Below, in pieces: positions 20,940 through 29,456 of a stretch of DNA of 64,000 nt; the stretch's first letter is position 1, and each line of letters starts with the position of its first letter. Under the pieces are notes generated by a model, which was not told the DNA's origin, made no database searches, and was given only the letters and a program-made list of their open reading frames with translations. Origin of the DNA: Candidatus Lustribacter sp. (lineage in GTDB: Bacteria > Vulcanimicrobiota > Vulcanimicrobiia > Vulcanimicrobiales > Vulcanimicrobiaceae). The stretch covers positions 3,040,001 to 3,104,000 of the forward strand of contig OZ255842.1 in NCBI GenBank assembly GCA_965277805.1, in the 5' to 3' direction. A program made the position numbers and the translations under genes.

Positions 20940-22123
20940 TAGTGCTTCCCCGGAATGCCGACGACGGGAACGACGTCGTCGGGGGTGCGTTGCCATTTCT
21001 TCGGCGTTCCGCCGCCGGCGATAATCTGCAGTTCGCGTTCGAGGATGCGCCGCCAGAGCGCAAGGCCCGCATCCGAACGTCCGAGCGTCTCGGTGCTGCG
21101 GTCTTGGATGCGGCCCTGACCCGCCTGCACGGCGATGTCCTGAACGATCGCGAGTTCCGGATGACGCACGGTGTCGAACGCCACCTTGCCCGCCCAGATG
21201 TCGTCGACGACGCTCTGAATGCGCGGCGCGGCGGCGCGCGCGGCGTAGAACTGAGCGCGCTTTTCCTTATAGGCGGCGACGTCGTCGCCGGTGACTTGCA
21301 CCTTGGCCGTCACGATCCAGAGATGGTTGTCGTCGTCGACCGGAGTGAAGTGGAACGTGATCTCGGGCCAGCCGCCAACGCCGTCCATACCGTAGAGCGG
21401 CGGCACGATCACGCGCACGATGTTCGGCGCGATGTGCAGCGTTTCGCGCACCATTCCGCTCGCGCGCTTGCCGTGACGCAGCATGCCCCACGGCGTTTCC
21501 TCGGCCGTGATGATCGGCAAATCTTTTGAAAGCGCGGCGTGCGATCCGCCGGGGCTGTGCGTGAACGCCACGTGCACTTCGTCCATGCTGTTCTCGAACG
21601 ACTGCAGGTAGTTGCACGGCACGTGCTCGACCGGCCAGCCTTCGATGTAGCCTTCGCCCTGCGATTCAGGATAGGGCGGAAACGCCGGCGGTTCGTCTTG
21701 GCCGAAGTAACCGTAGATCAAACCGAACGCTTCGCCGGTGGGGAAGGTCGCGATCGAAACGTTCTTAGCGAAACCGTCCTTTTCGGCCGGCGCTTCGACG
21801 CACTGCCCGGTGCAATCGTATTTCCAGCCGTGGTAGACGCAGCGGATATCGTCGTTTTCAACCCAGCCGAGGTGCATCAGCGCGCCGCGATGCGGACAAC
21901 GCTGCGCGACGAGCTGCGCGCGCCCGCTCGCGCCGCGGAAAAGCGCGTAGTCTTCGCTCATGATGCGCACCGGCATCGCATGCCCCGGCGCGAGATCCTC
22001 GCTGCGGGCGATCGCATGCCAGAACTGCCGCATGAACGTTCCGCCCGGCGTGCCCGGCTTCGTCGTCGTTAGATCGACTTTCGTGCGCGGGCGCTGTAGT
22101 TCGCGTTCGGTTACCGCCATCAT
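20939..22123 (-). CDS. Rieske non-heme iron oxygenase alpha subunit, copy A (tandem paralog)
   Basis: Same motifs as the neighbour, with long identical stretches. Confidence 0.9.
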   Translation of the reverse strand: MMAVTERELQRPRTKVDLTTTKPGTPGGTFMRQFWHAIARSEDLAPGHAMPVRIMSEDYALFRGASGRAQLVAQRCPHRGALMHLGWVENDDIRCVYHGWKYDCTGQCVEAPAEKDGFAKNVSIATFPTGEAFGLIYGYFGQDEPPAFPPYPESQGEGYIEGWPVEHVPCNYLQSFENSMDEVHVAFTHSPGGSHAALSKDLPIITAEETPWGMLRHGKRASGMVRETLHIAPNIVRVIVPPLYGMDGVGGWPEITFHFTPVDDDNHLWIVTAKVQVTGDDVAAYKEKRAQFYAARAAAPRIQSVVDDIWAGKVAFDTVRHPELAIVQDIAVQAGQGRIQDRSTETLGRSDAGLALWRRILERELQIIAGGGTPKKWQRTPDDVVPVVGIPGKH

Positions 22124-22235
22124 CGAAACCTCACAACACTGGAGACGTCGCGAGCCCTTCATCGGCCCAGGCCCCGGGACCCTCTGCCGTCGAACGCTGC
22201 CCACCAACTGCGGTTCATGCTCCGGAGGCAACGCT

Positions 22236-23186
22236 ATGCGAGTCACCCGTCAACGAGCGCTCCAGTCCGTCGCGGCCGCCGCGACCGCACCCTGGTGGAT
22301 CCGCACCGCGAGCGCGCAAACGCTGCCCGTGATCCGCGCCGCGATGATCCCGATCGAGCCCGCCGTCTCGATTTACTACGCGGTTGAAAACGGCTTCTTC
22401 ACCAAGGCCGGCATCGACGTCCAGATCGCCCAGAATCCGTCCACGCCGGCGCTCGCCGCCGCGGTCGCGTCCGGGACGTACGACGTCGCCTACGCTCCGA
22501 TTTCGACGATCGCCGTCGCGCACTCGCGCGGGTTGCCGTTCGTAGCTATCACCCCCGGAATCGAAACGGTACCGGGCGAGATCGCGGGTGCCATCATGGT
22601 GCCGACAGCCTCAACCGCTAAGACCGGCAAGGATTTCAACGGCAAGACCTTCGGCTGCGCGGGGCTCGGCACGATCGCCGAGTATCAGCCGCGCGCTTGG
22701 ATCGACAAAACCGGCGGCGACTCGACGACCGTAAGGTTCATCGAGATTCCATTTCCCGAAACGATCGCGGCGCTGAACGCCGGCCGCGTGGATGCCGCAT
22801 ATCTGGTCGAGCCCTTCATCACGGTCGCCACGCGCAGCAACACCGTGCGCCTCCTGGCGACCGGCGACGAGGCGATCGGGAACGATTTTCTTTCAACCGT
22901 TTGGTACGCCACCTCGCAGTGGGCGACCGCGCATCCTGACCTCGTCACGAAGTTCGTCGGCGCGATGGTCGCGGCCGCGCACTGGGGCAACGCCAATCAG
23001 GATAAGGTCGTCCCCTACTTGGTCAAGTATTTGAAGGCCGACCCCACGCTTGCCGCCGCCGAGCACCGGCCGCACTTTGCCGACCGCCTCGTGCCATCGC
23101 TGATGCAACCCTGGATCAATGTCACCGCGAAGTACGCGAAGTTCGCGCCCTTCCCGGCGAGCGACGTCATCTACACCCCGAAGTAG
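22236..23186 (+). CDS. ABC substrate-binding protein, SsuA/NMT1-like (orphan)
   Basis: GGAGG RBS; GFFTKAGIDV, AWIDKTGGDS and GRVDAA motifs. Confidence 0.85.
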   Translation: MRVTRQRALQSVAAAATAPWWIRTASAQTLPVIRAAMIPIEPAVSIYYAVENGFFTKAGIDVQIAQNPSTPALAAAVASGTYDVAYAPISTIAVAHSRGLPFVAITPGIETVPGEIAGAIMVPTASTAKTGKDFNGKTFGCAGLGTIAEYQPRAWIDKTGGDSTTVRFIEIPFPETIAALNAGRVDAAYLVEPFITVATRSNTVRLLATGDEAIGNDFLSTVWYATSQWATAHPDLVTKFVGAMVAAAHWGNANQDKVVPYLVKYLKADPTLAAAEHRPHFADRLVPSLMQPWINVTAKYAKFAPFPASDVIYTPK

Positions 23187-23194
23187 GCTACTTC

Positions 23195-24151
23195 TTACGT
23201 TCCAAAGTAGGCTTCTTTCGCGGGGAATGCCCGCGAGATGTAGCCGTACTTCGCGGCAGCGTCGATCGCCGGCTGGATCAGCGCGGGATCGCCGCTGGTC
23301 GCGGCGTTCGTGCGCGCCATCTTCGAGAAGATCGCGACGTCGATCTTCGTGGTGTCGGCCATCATCTGCGCCGTTTCTGCATGATGCGCGTTGGCGTACG
23401 CCGCCGCGGCATAGGTAACGCGATTGAAGCGCTTGATCGCGTCGGCATGTTTCGCGGCCCAGTCAGGTTGCGCGAAAAACACGGTGAACGCGAAGTGGTC
23501 GCTAATGGCGCTGTAGCTTGGCGCGAGTATGCGCACCTTACCCGTCGCAACCGCCGCGCTGAGTTGCGGCTCGTTGAGGCTCGTAGCCTCCACGCGATGT
23601 TCCGCCAGCGCTTGACCGGCGGCCGAATTCGGCAGCTCGATCCACTTGGTCGTTTTCGCATCGCCGCCGGTCTTATCGATCCAGGCCCATGCTGCGAGCT
23701 CGTTGAGGTCGTTGAGCGCCGCCGTCGATAACGTCTTGCCGTTGAGATCGGCGCCCGTCTTCACCGTGGAATCGGCGGCAACGACCATCTGCGTAAACGG
23801 CGACTTCGGATCCCACACGGCGCCGTTGGCGACGATCGTCAGCGGCAAGCCCTTCAGATGCGCGACCAGCGATGCAATTAGGCTGCCTTTCCCGAGCTCG
23901 TAGGCGCCGCCGACGACGGCTTCGGTTGCCGCCGTGCCGCTCGACGTCGCCACAACCTCGACATCGAGTCCGGCTTTCTGATACAGGCCGGCTTTGATCG
24001 CGTAATACACCGGCGTGAGATCGTCGGTCGCGACACCGGCGAGACGCACCTTGTCGAGCGTTTGCGCGCGCAGGATGGTGGGCCACAGCGCCAGCGCCGA
24101 ACCGGTCGCTGCCAGCATCTGCGCACGTGAAAGACGGGAACGAACGAGCAC
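23195..24151 (-). CDS. ABC substrate-binding protein, SsuA/NMT1-like (orphan)
   Basis: GTG start after AGGAG; GLYQKAGLDV and AWIDKTGGDAK motifs. Confidence 0.85.
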   Translation of the reverse strand: MLVRSRLSRAQMLAATGSALALWPTILRAQTLDKVRLAGVATDDLTPVYYAIKAGLYQKAGLDVEVVATSSGTAATEAVVGGAYELGKGSLIASLVAHLKGLPLTIVANGAVWDPKSPFTQMVVAADSTVKTGADLNGKTLSTAALNDLNELAAWAWIDKTGGDAKTTKWIELPNSAAGQALAEHRVEATSLNEPQLSAAVATGKVRILAPSYSAISDHFAFTVFFAQPDWAAKHADAIKRFNRVTYAAAAYANAHHAETAQMMADTTKIDVAIFSKMARTNAATSGDPALIQPAIDAAAKYGYISRAFPAKEAYFGT

Positions 24152-24159
24152 GGTCACTC

Positions 24160-24582
24160 CTACGAAACGGAAGCGGCAGCGGTGGTGGTATCGACCGACG
24201 CGGGGCCGTCGGGAACGGCCGTGAGCCAGCCGTGCGAAAGATCGAGTTTGATGCCGAGCAGCGGATCGCGCACGAACGTCTCGGCTTGACGGCCGTCCTT
24301 CGGGTTCACGCGATTGGGCGGTACGGCGCCGGCGGCGACGGCCGTTTGCAGCGCGCCGTCGACGTCGTCCACGGCAAAGCCGATGTGATCGACGCCCAAC
24401 GGGCGCTTCACCGGCAAGAGCGCGAGGTTGATGTAGCCGTCGGTGAGATAGATCGCCCACTGCGGCGCCGTCTCGTCGTTGCGCTGCCGGAAGACTTCCT
24501 TCAACCCGAACGCCGACGTGTAGAACTTGGCGGTAGCTTCGGCATCGTCGACGACGATTGCGATGTGACGGATCTGTGCCAT
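24160..24582 (-). CDS. VOC/glyoxalase family protein
   Basis: IRHIAI, FY...FGL, LTDGYINLALL, GVDHIGFAV and FVRDP motifs. Confidence 0.88.
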   Translation of the reverse strand: MAQIRHIAIVVDDAEATAKFYTSAFGLKEVFRQRNDETAPQWAIYLTDGYINLALLPVKRPLGVDHIGFAVDDVDGALQTAVAAGAVPPNRVNPKDGRQAETFVRDPLLGIKLDLSHGWLTAVPDGPASVDTTTAAASVS

Positions 24583-24591
24583 GTGAGCTCC

Positions 24592-25539
24592 TTAGCTGGT
24601 CGGGACCGCGGTTGAAAAGAGATCGCTCGCGCGCTGGGCCGTTTTGATCTGGCCGGTCGCGAACATCAGGTCGAGGACGGGCTGCACGTCGGAGACGCGC
24701 AGGCGCTCGGCGTAGAGCGCGCGCGACGCGCCGGGCGGCACCGGCGACTGGGTGTATTTTTCCAGCATGACGCCGGACTGGGCTTGGTTTGCGTTGGCCC
24801 AGCGCGCCGTTTTCGCGATGACGTCGGCGTACGTGCGCACGACATCGGGATGCGCTTTCGCGAACGCGTCGGTCGTGACGCAACCCGCCACGAGAAAGCG
24901 CGGCGCGATCGCGTCGAACACCGGACCGAGGACGCGGATGTCGCCGCCGCGCAGCGCCGGCGTGAGGGCCGGTTCGCTGATCGACGCCGCATCGAGGCGG
25001 CCTGCCTTCATCGCTTCGACGTCGAGCGGATCCGAGAGCTCGAACCAATGGATCGACTTCGAGTCGCCGCCGTTCTTGTCGATCCACGCGCGGGCACCGA
25101 AGTAACTCATGTTGCCGAGATCGCGCGTACCGATCGTCTTGCCGTTCAGATCGGCCGCGGTGCGGTAGGGTGCGTTTTTGAGCACGACCAGCGCATGGTC
25201 GGGATTGGTGCTGACGTAGAGCGAGAGCGGCGCGATCATCACGAACGGCACGTTTTTGTCGCGCGCGATCGCCGCGAGCGTGACCGGCACGGCGGCGATC
25301 GAGAGCGCGCCGCCGGCGAGTCCGGCCGTCGTCGCGTTCATGAAGCTGAGCGTGACGTTCAGTCCCGCTTGCTTGTAATAGCCCAACGCTTCGGCGTAAA
25401 AGGTCGGGCCGGCGGAGTCATTCGGTGCGGTGCCCACCGGCAACGCGAAACTCGCCGTCTGCGCGACGGTTCGCTGCGGGATCGCCGATGCGAGCGAGAA
25501 CGAAGCGCCCGCCATGAGCAACGCTTGGCGCGAAATCAT
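24592..25539 (-). CDS. ABC substrate-binding protein, SsuA/NMT1-like (orphan)
   Basis: GYYKQAGLNV, AWIDKNGGDSK and GRLDAASISEP motifs. Confidence 0.85.
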   Translation of the reverse strand: MISRQALLMAGASFSLASAIPQRTVAQTASFALPVGTAPNDSAGPTFYAEALGYYKQAGLNVTLSFMNATTAGLAGGALSIAAVPVTLAAIARDKNVPFVMIAPLSLYVSTNPDHALVVLKNAPYRTAADLNGKTIGTRDLGNMSYFGARAWIDKNGGDSKSIHWFELSDPLDVEAMKAGRLDAASISEPALTPALRGGDIRVLGPVFDAIAPRFLVAGCVTTDAFAKAHPDVVRTYADVIAKTARWANANQAQSGVMLEKYTQSPVPPGASRALYAERLRVSDVQPVLDLMFATGQIKTAQRASDLFSTAVPTS

Positions 25540-25680
25540 CTTTGCAAACGTCTTTCACGCGCGCAGCACCCCCCCTGCTCGGGGGTAACACGACATCTGG
25601 GGCACGAACCTCGCCGCACGCCGGCCATAGGCACGGCGCGAGTTGCAGGCGCGAGATAACTAGGTTGCAAAGGTAGATTC

Positions 25681-25989
25681 ATGTCGGAGTACGAGCTCAA
25701 CCGGAGCATCCACCACGTCTACACCAACAAAGAACGCACCGCCGCGTTCCGTGACGGTAACTACGCGGCGCTGGATGCGTTCGACCTCAGCGCCGAAGAA
25801 CGCGCTGCACTCGAAGGACGCGACTTTCCCAAGCTCTGGGCACTCAACGTACACCCCGTGCTGCTGTTCCATCTCTCGGCCGTGCTCAACCCGCGCGAAT
25901 GGTACCTCGCCGAAGTCGTTCCGAAGATCGCCGGCGTGCCGAACAAATATTACGATTTCTACGGCAAACGGCCGGCCGGGGCCGCCTGA
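25681..25989 (+). CDS. LigA-like small (alpha) subunit of an extradiol dioxygenase
   Basis: YELNR...F...FDLSAEERAAL...D...L...VHPVLL pattern; a LigB-like gene lies two genes downstream. Confidence 0.7.
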   Translation: MSEYELNRSIHHVYTNKERTAAFRDGNYAALDAFDLSAEERAALEGRDFPKLWALNVHPVLLFHLSAVLNPREWYLAEVVPKIAGVPNKYYDFYGKRPAGAA

Positions 25990-25994
25990 TCGCA

Positions 25995-26777
25995 ATGGCC
26001 GCCGCGATCCGGCCGCGCCGGCACGTCAACATCAACGTGTGGCGGCTGGCGATCCTCATCGCCGGCATCGCCGGCTGGTGGCTGATTGCCAAACTCGCCG
26101 GCGGCAATTTCATTCCCACGCCGCCGCAGACCGTTGCGGCCGCGATCGCAATCGCCAGCGACGGCACGCTGGGGCGAGCCACGCTCGATACGACGATCGT
26201 CTTCCTCAGCGGCTACGTGCTGGCAGCGATCATCTCGATTCCGTGCGGCCTGATCATGGGCGGTGTGCGCGTGGTCGGCAAGGCGTTCGAACCCTACGTC
26301 GACGCGCTGAGCGCGATGCCGCGCGTGGCCTTCATCCCGCTGATCATCGTCTTTCTCGGTTTGGGCTTTCCGGCCAAGATCGCAATCGTCTTCCTGGGCG
26401 CGGCGATGCCGATCCTCATCAACACCTACGTAGGCGTGCTCAACTGCGACGGCGAGCTGGTGGAGATGGCGCGCTCGGCCGGCGCGACCGAACCCCAAGT
26501 CTTCCGCAAGATCATGCTGCCCGGCGCGCTCCCCTACATCACGGCGGGCCTGCGCGTGGGCGCCTCGCTCGCGCTCATCAACACCGTCGTCGCCGAACTC
26601 TACACGGCCGTGAAAGGTCTCGGCGGCCTGCTCTCGGTGTACGGCAACAGCTTCCGCATGGCGCCCTACTTCGTCGTCGTCTTCGTGCTGGGTGCGCTGG
26701 GAGTCATCGTCATGCAATCGCTCCGGATCCTCGAACGCAACGCCGATCGCTGGCGTTACGATAGCGAACACCACTAA
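25995..26777 (+). CDS. ABC transporter permease (SsuC/TauC type)
   Basis: PRVAFIPL and EAA-like LVEMARSAGATEPQVFRKIMLPGALP motifs; VVAEL. Confidence 0.92.
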   Translation: MAAAIRPRRHVNINVWRLAILIAGIAGWWLIAKLAGGNFIPTPPQTVAAAIAIASDGTLGRATLDTTIVFLSGYVLAAIISIPCGLIMGGVRVVGKAFEPYVDALSAMPRVAFIPLIIVFLGLGFPAKIAIVFLGAAMPILINTYVGVLNCDGELVEMARSAGATEPQVFRKIMLPGALPYITAGLRVGASLALINTVVAELYTAVKGLGGLLSVYGNSFRMAPYFVVVFVLGALGVIVMQSLRILERNADRWRYDSEHH

Positions 26778-26788
26778 AGGAACTGCAC

Positions 26789-27619
26789 GTGGCTAAGATC
26801 GTCTCGGTCGTCGCATCGACCCACAACCCGCGCATCTTCTGGAATCGCGATCAGGCGACGCCGGAAGACATGGACGAGCTCTACGCAACGTTCGCCGAAG
26901 TCAAGGACATGCTCGCAGCCACCAAGCCCGATCTCATCGTGGCGGTGGCGAACGATCACCTCGACAACTTCTTCTTCGATAACTTGCCGACGTTTTCGGT
27001 CGGTACCGGCAAGAGCGCCGAGGGTCCGTTCTGGTATGAGAGCGACATCATGGCGCTGCCGCACTACAAGTTCGACATCCATCAGAAGTTCGCCGAATAC
27101 ATCTTGCGCGACGGCGTCGAGACCGGGATCCAGTTCTCGCAGGCGCGCGAACTCCACCTCGACCATGCCTTCACCGTTCCGCTCTCGTTCCTGCGGCCCG
27201 ACTCCGATCTGCCGGTGGTGCCGATCGTCACCAACGCCTTCGGTTACCCGCTGGCCAACAACCGCCGCTGGTACGAACTCGGCCACTTCATCAAGCGCGC
27301 CGTCGAGGCGTGGCCGGGCGCGGAGCGCGCGGCGCTGATCTGCTCGTTCAACCTCACCGTCGAAGTCGGCGGCCCGCTGATGGGCAACATCGACTTCGCC
27401 TTCGCGCGTTATCTGCTCCAACTCATGGGCGAGGGCAAGCGCGACGAGATCCTCGAGAAACTCACGGTCGAGCGGCTGATCGAAGCCGGCAACTCGACGA
27501 CCGAGTTCCTCAACTACGTCACCGCACTCGGCGTGGTGGAAGAGACACTGCCCACGTTCATCAAACACAAGCCGGTCAAGGGCGTCGGCACCTGCCCGAT
27601 CGCGTTCTGGACGCTGTGA
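26789..27619 (+). CDS. LigB-like class III extradiol dioxygenase catalytic subunit
   Basis: ASTHNP, NDHLDNFF, LDHAFTVPL and GNSTTEFLNY motifs. Confidence 0.82.
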   Translation: MAKIVSVVASTHNPRIFWNRDQATPEDMDELYATFAEVKDMLAATKPDLIVAVANDHLDNFFFDNLPTFSVGTGKSAEGPFWYESDIMALPHYKFDIHQKFAEYILRDGVETGIQFSQARELHLDHAFTVPLSFLRPDSDLPVVPIVTNAFGYPLANNRRWYELGHFIKRAVEAWPGAERAALICSFNLTVEVGGPLMGNIDFAFARYLLQLMGEGKRDEILEKLTVERLIEAGNSTTEFLNYVTALGVVEETLPTFIKHKPVKGVGTCPIAFWTL

Positions 27620-28650
27620 TGATGAACGCCGGCCGTCGCGAATTCATCACCGCAGGTTCCGCCGCCGTTGCCGCCGCCGCGCTGCCGCTCCGGGCGCGGG
27701 CCGCGGATCCGTTTCGCATCATCATCACCGAGACGCAGATACCGCTCGTTCCGAATTCCGTCACGTGGCTCGCGCTCTCGCTCGGCTACTTCAAACGCGC
27801 CGGCGTCGACGTCGACCTGATCGAGGTCGGACAGACGCCGTCGGCCGTCGCCGCGCTGCGGTCGGGCGGCGGCGAGATGGCGAACATCGCCACCGACACC
27901 GCGCTGCAGCTCATCGGCCGCAAGCAGATGAACTTGCACGGCGTGATTTCACCCGATCGCGCGCTGCCGTTCGTCATCGCGGCCAAAAAATCGATCGGCA
28001 AGATCGGCGACCTTACCGGCAAGACCTTCGGCGTCGCGCGCGTGGGCAGCGTCGACTACGAGATGACGCGGGTCGTGCTGGCCAAACTCGGCGTGAACCC
28101 GGATTCCGTGCAGTATCTCGCGATCGGGCAACCCGACGTGCGCGCGCAATCGCTCCTGGCGAACCAGATCGATGCCACGACGTTTTCGATCGGTATCTAC
28201 ACCACGCTGCCGGACAAGAGCAACATCAAGGTCCTCGTCGATCAAGCAAATTATTTCAAGAACGCCCCGTTCGTGACCAAACTCAACGTGGTCACCGACG
28301 ACGCGGTGAAGAATCGCGCCAAAGACATCCAGGCCGTCGTAAAAGCGCTGATTGCGGCCTCGCGCGATTTCGCTGCCCATCCGCAGATCTGGGTGAACGC
28401 GATGGCGGCCGCGCGCTCCGATGTCTCGAAGGCACAGTTGACGACGCTGGCAACGGCCTATCAGAACAGCTGGAGCGTCAACGGCGGGCTCAACCTCAGC
28501 GCGCTGAAGTTCACCACCGACACGCTCTACAAGGGTCCGGATTTCAAGGATCTGCCGCCGGTCGATCCGAGCGATTGGATCGATCTCAGCTACATCAAAA
28601 ACACGCTGCGCGCAACCGGCGTCGACAAAGCGGCCGACCTCCCCGCGTGA
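27619..28650 (+). CDS. ABC substrate-binding protein (NMT1/SsuA type), permease-linked
   Basis: GRREFI Tat signal; GYFKRAGVDV and DLTGKTFGV motifs. Confidence 0.88.
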   Translation: MMNAGRREFITAGSAAVAAAALPLRARAADPFRIIITETQIPLVPNSVTWLALSLGYFKRAGVDVDLIEVGQTPSAVAALRSGGGEMANIATDTALQLIGRKQMNLHGVISPDRALPFVIAAKKSIGKIGDLTGKTFGVARVGSVDYEMTRVVLAKLGVNPDSVQYLAIGQPDVRAQSLLANQIDATTFSIGIYTTLPDKSNIKVLVDQANYFKNAPFVTKLNVVTDDAVKNRAKDIQAVVKALIAASRDFAAHPQIWVNAMAAARSDVSKAQLTTLATAYQNSWSVNGGLNLSALKFTTDTLYKGPDFKDLPPVDPSDWIDLSYIKNTLRATGVDKAADLPA

Positions 28651-29456
28651 GCGTTGCGCCCTCGTCGATCAGCATGCGCGGCGTGGGCAAGACGTTCCGG
28701 CGCGCGAAATCGCACGACGGGGTCGAAGCCCTGCGCGATGTCACGCTCGAGATCGAACCGAATACGTTCGTCTCGCTGGTGGGCCCGTCGGGCTGCGGCA
28801 AGACGACGCTGTTGCGCATGCTCAACGGCCTGATCCAGCCCGATACCGGTGAGATTCTCGTCGGCGGCGCTCGGCCGGCGCCGGGACCGCACATGGGCTT
28901 CGTGTTTCAGTCGTTTCGCCTCTTACCGTGGCGCACGATTCGCGAGAACGTCGCCTTTCCGGTCGAACTCAGCGGGATGAACGCGGCCGAGCGCCGCGAC
29001 CGCGCCGACACCTATCTCGACATGGTCGGCTTGCGCCGTTTTGCCGATTCGTATCCGGCCGAACTCTCGGGTGGCATGAAGCAGCGCGCCGCGCTGGCAC
29101 GCGCGCTGATCGCACAGCCGCGTTACCTGCTGATGGACGAACCGTTTGCCGCCCTCGATGCCCAGACGCGCGAATTCATGCAGATCGAATTGGCCAAGAT
29201 CTGGTCGCACCACAAGAGCATCGTCGTCTTCGTCACGCACAGCGTCGACGAAGCCGTACTGCTCTCCGATCGCATCGTGCTGTTGCGGCCGCGGCCCGGC
29301 CAAGTCGCCGAAGTGGTCGACGTCAAGCTGCCGCACCCGCGCTGGGAATACGACGCGCGCGCGACGCCGGAGTTCGTCGCAATGCGGCACTATCTGTGGG
29401 AGCGCATCAAGGACATGGTCGCCTCCGACCCGCAGTCGGAATTCTACCAGCGGTGA
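28647..29456 (+). CDS. ABC transporter ATP-binding protein (SsuB/TauB type)
   Basis: GPSGCGKT, LSGGMKQR, LLMDEPF and VTHS motifs. Confidence 0.95.
   Translation: MSVAPSSISMRGVGKTFRRAKSHDGVEALRDVTLEIEPNTFVSLVGPSGCGKTTLLRMLNGLIQPDTGEILVGGARPAPGPHMGFVFQSFRLLPWRTIRENVAFPVELSGMNAAERRDRADTYLDMVGLRRFADSYPAELSGGMKQRAALARALIAQPRYLLMDEPFAALDAQTREFMQIELAKIWSHHKSIVVFVTHSVDEAVLLSDRIVLLRPRPGQVAEVVDVKLPHPRWEYDARATPEFVAMRHYLWERIKDMVASDPQSEFYQR

Noticed and set aside
24152-25087. 630-aa ORF suggesting a fused SBP; similar extensions at 39769, 28928, 27765, 21960 and 47386-48852
   Set aside because: The extensions are low-complexity alternative frames over real genes; RBS-supported starts lie downstream.
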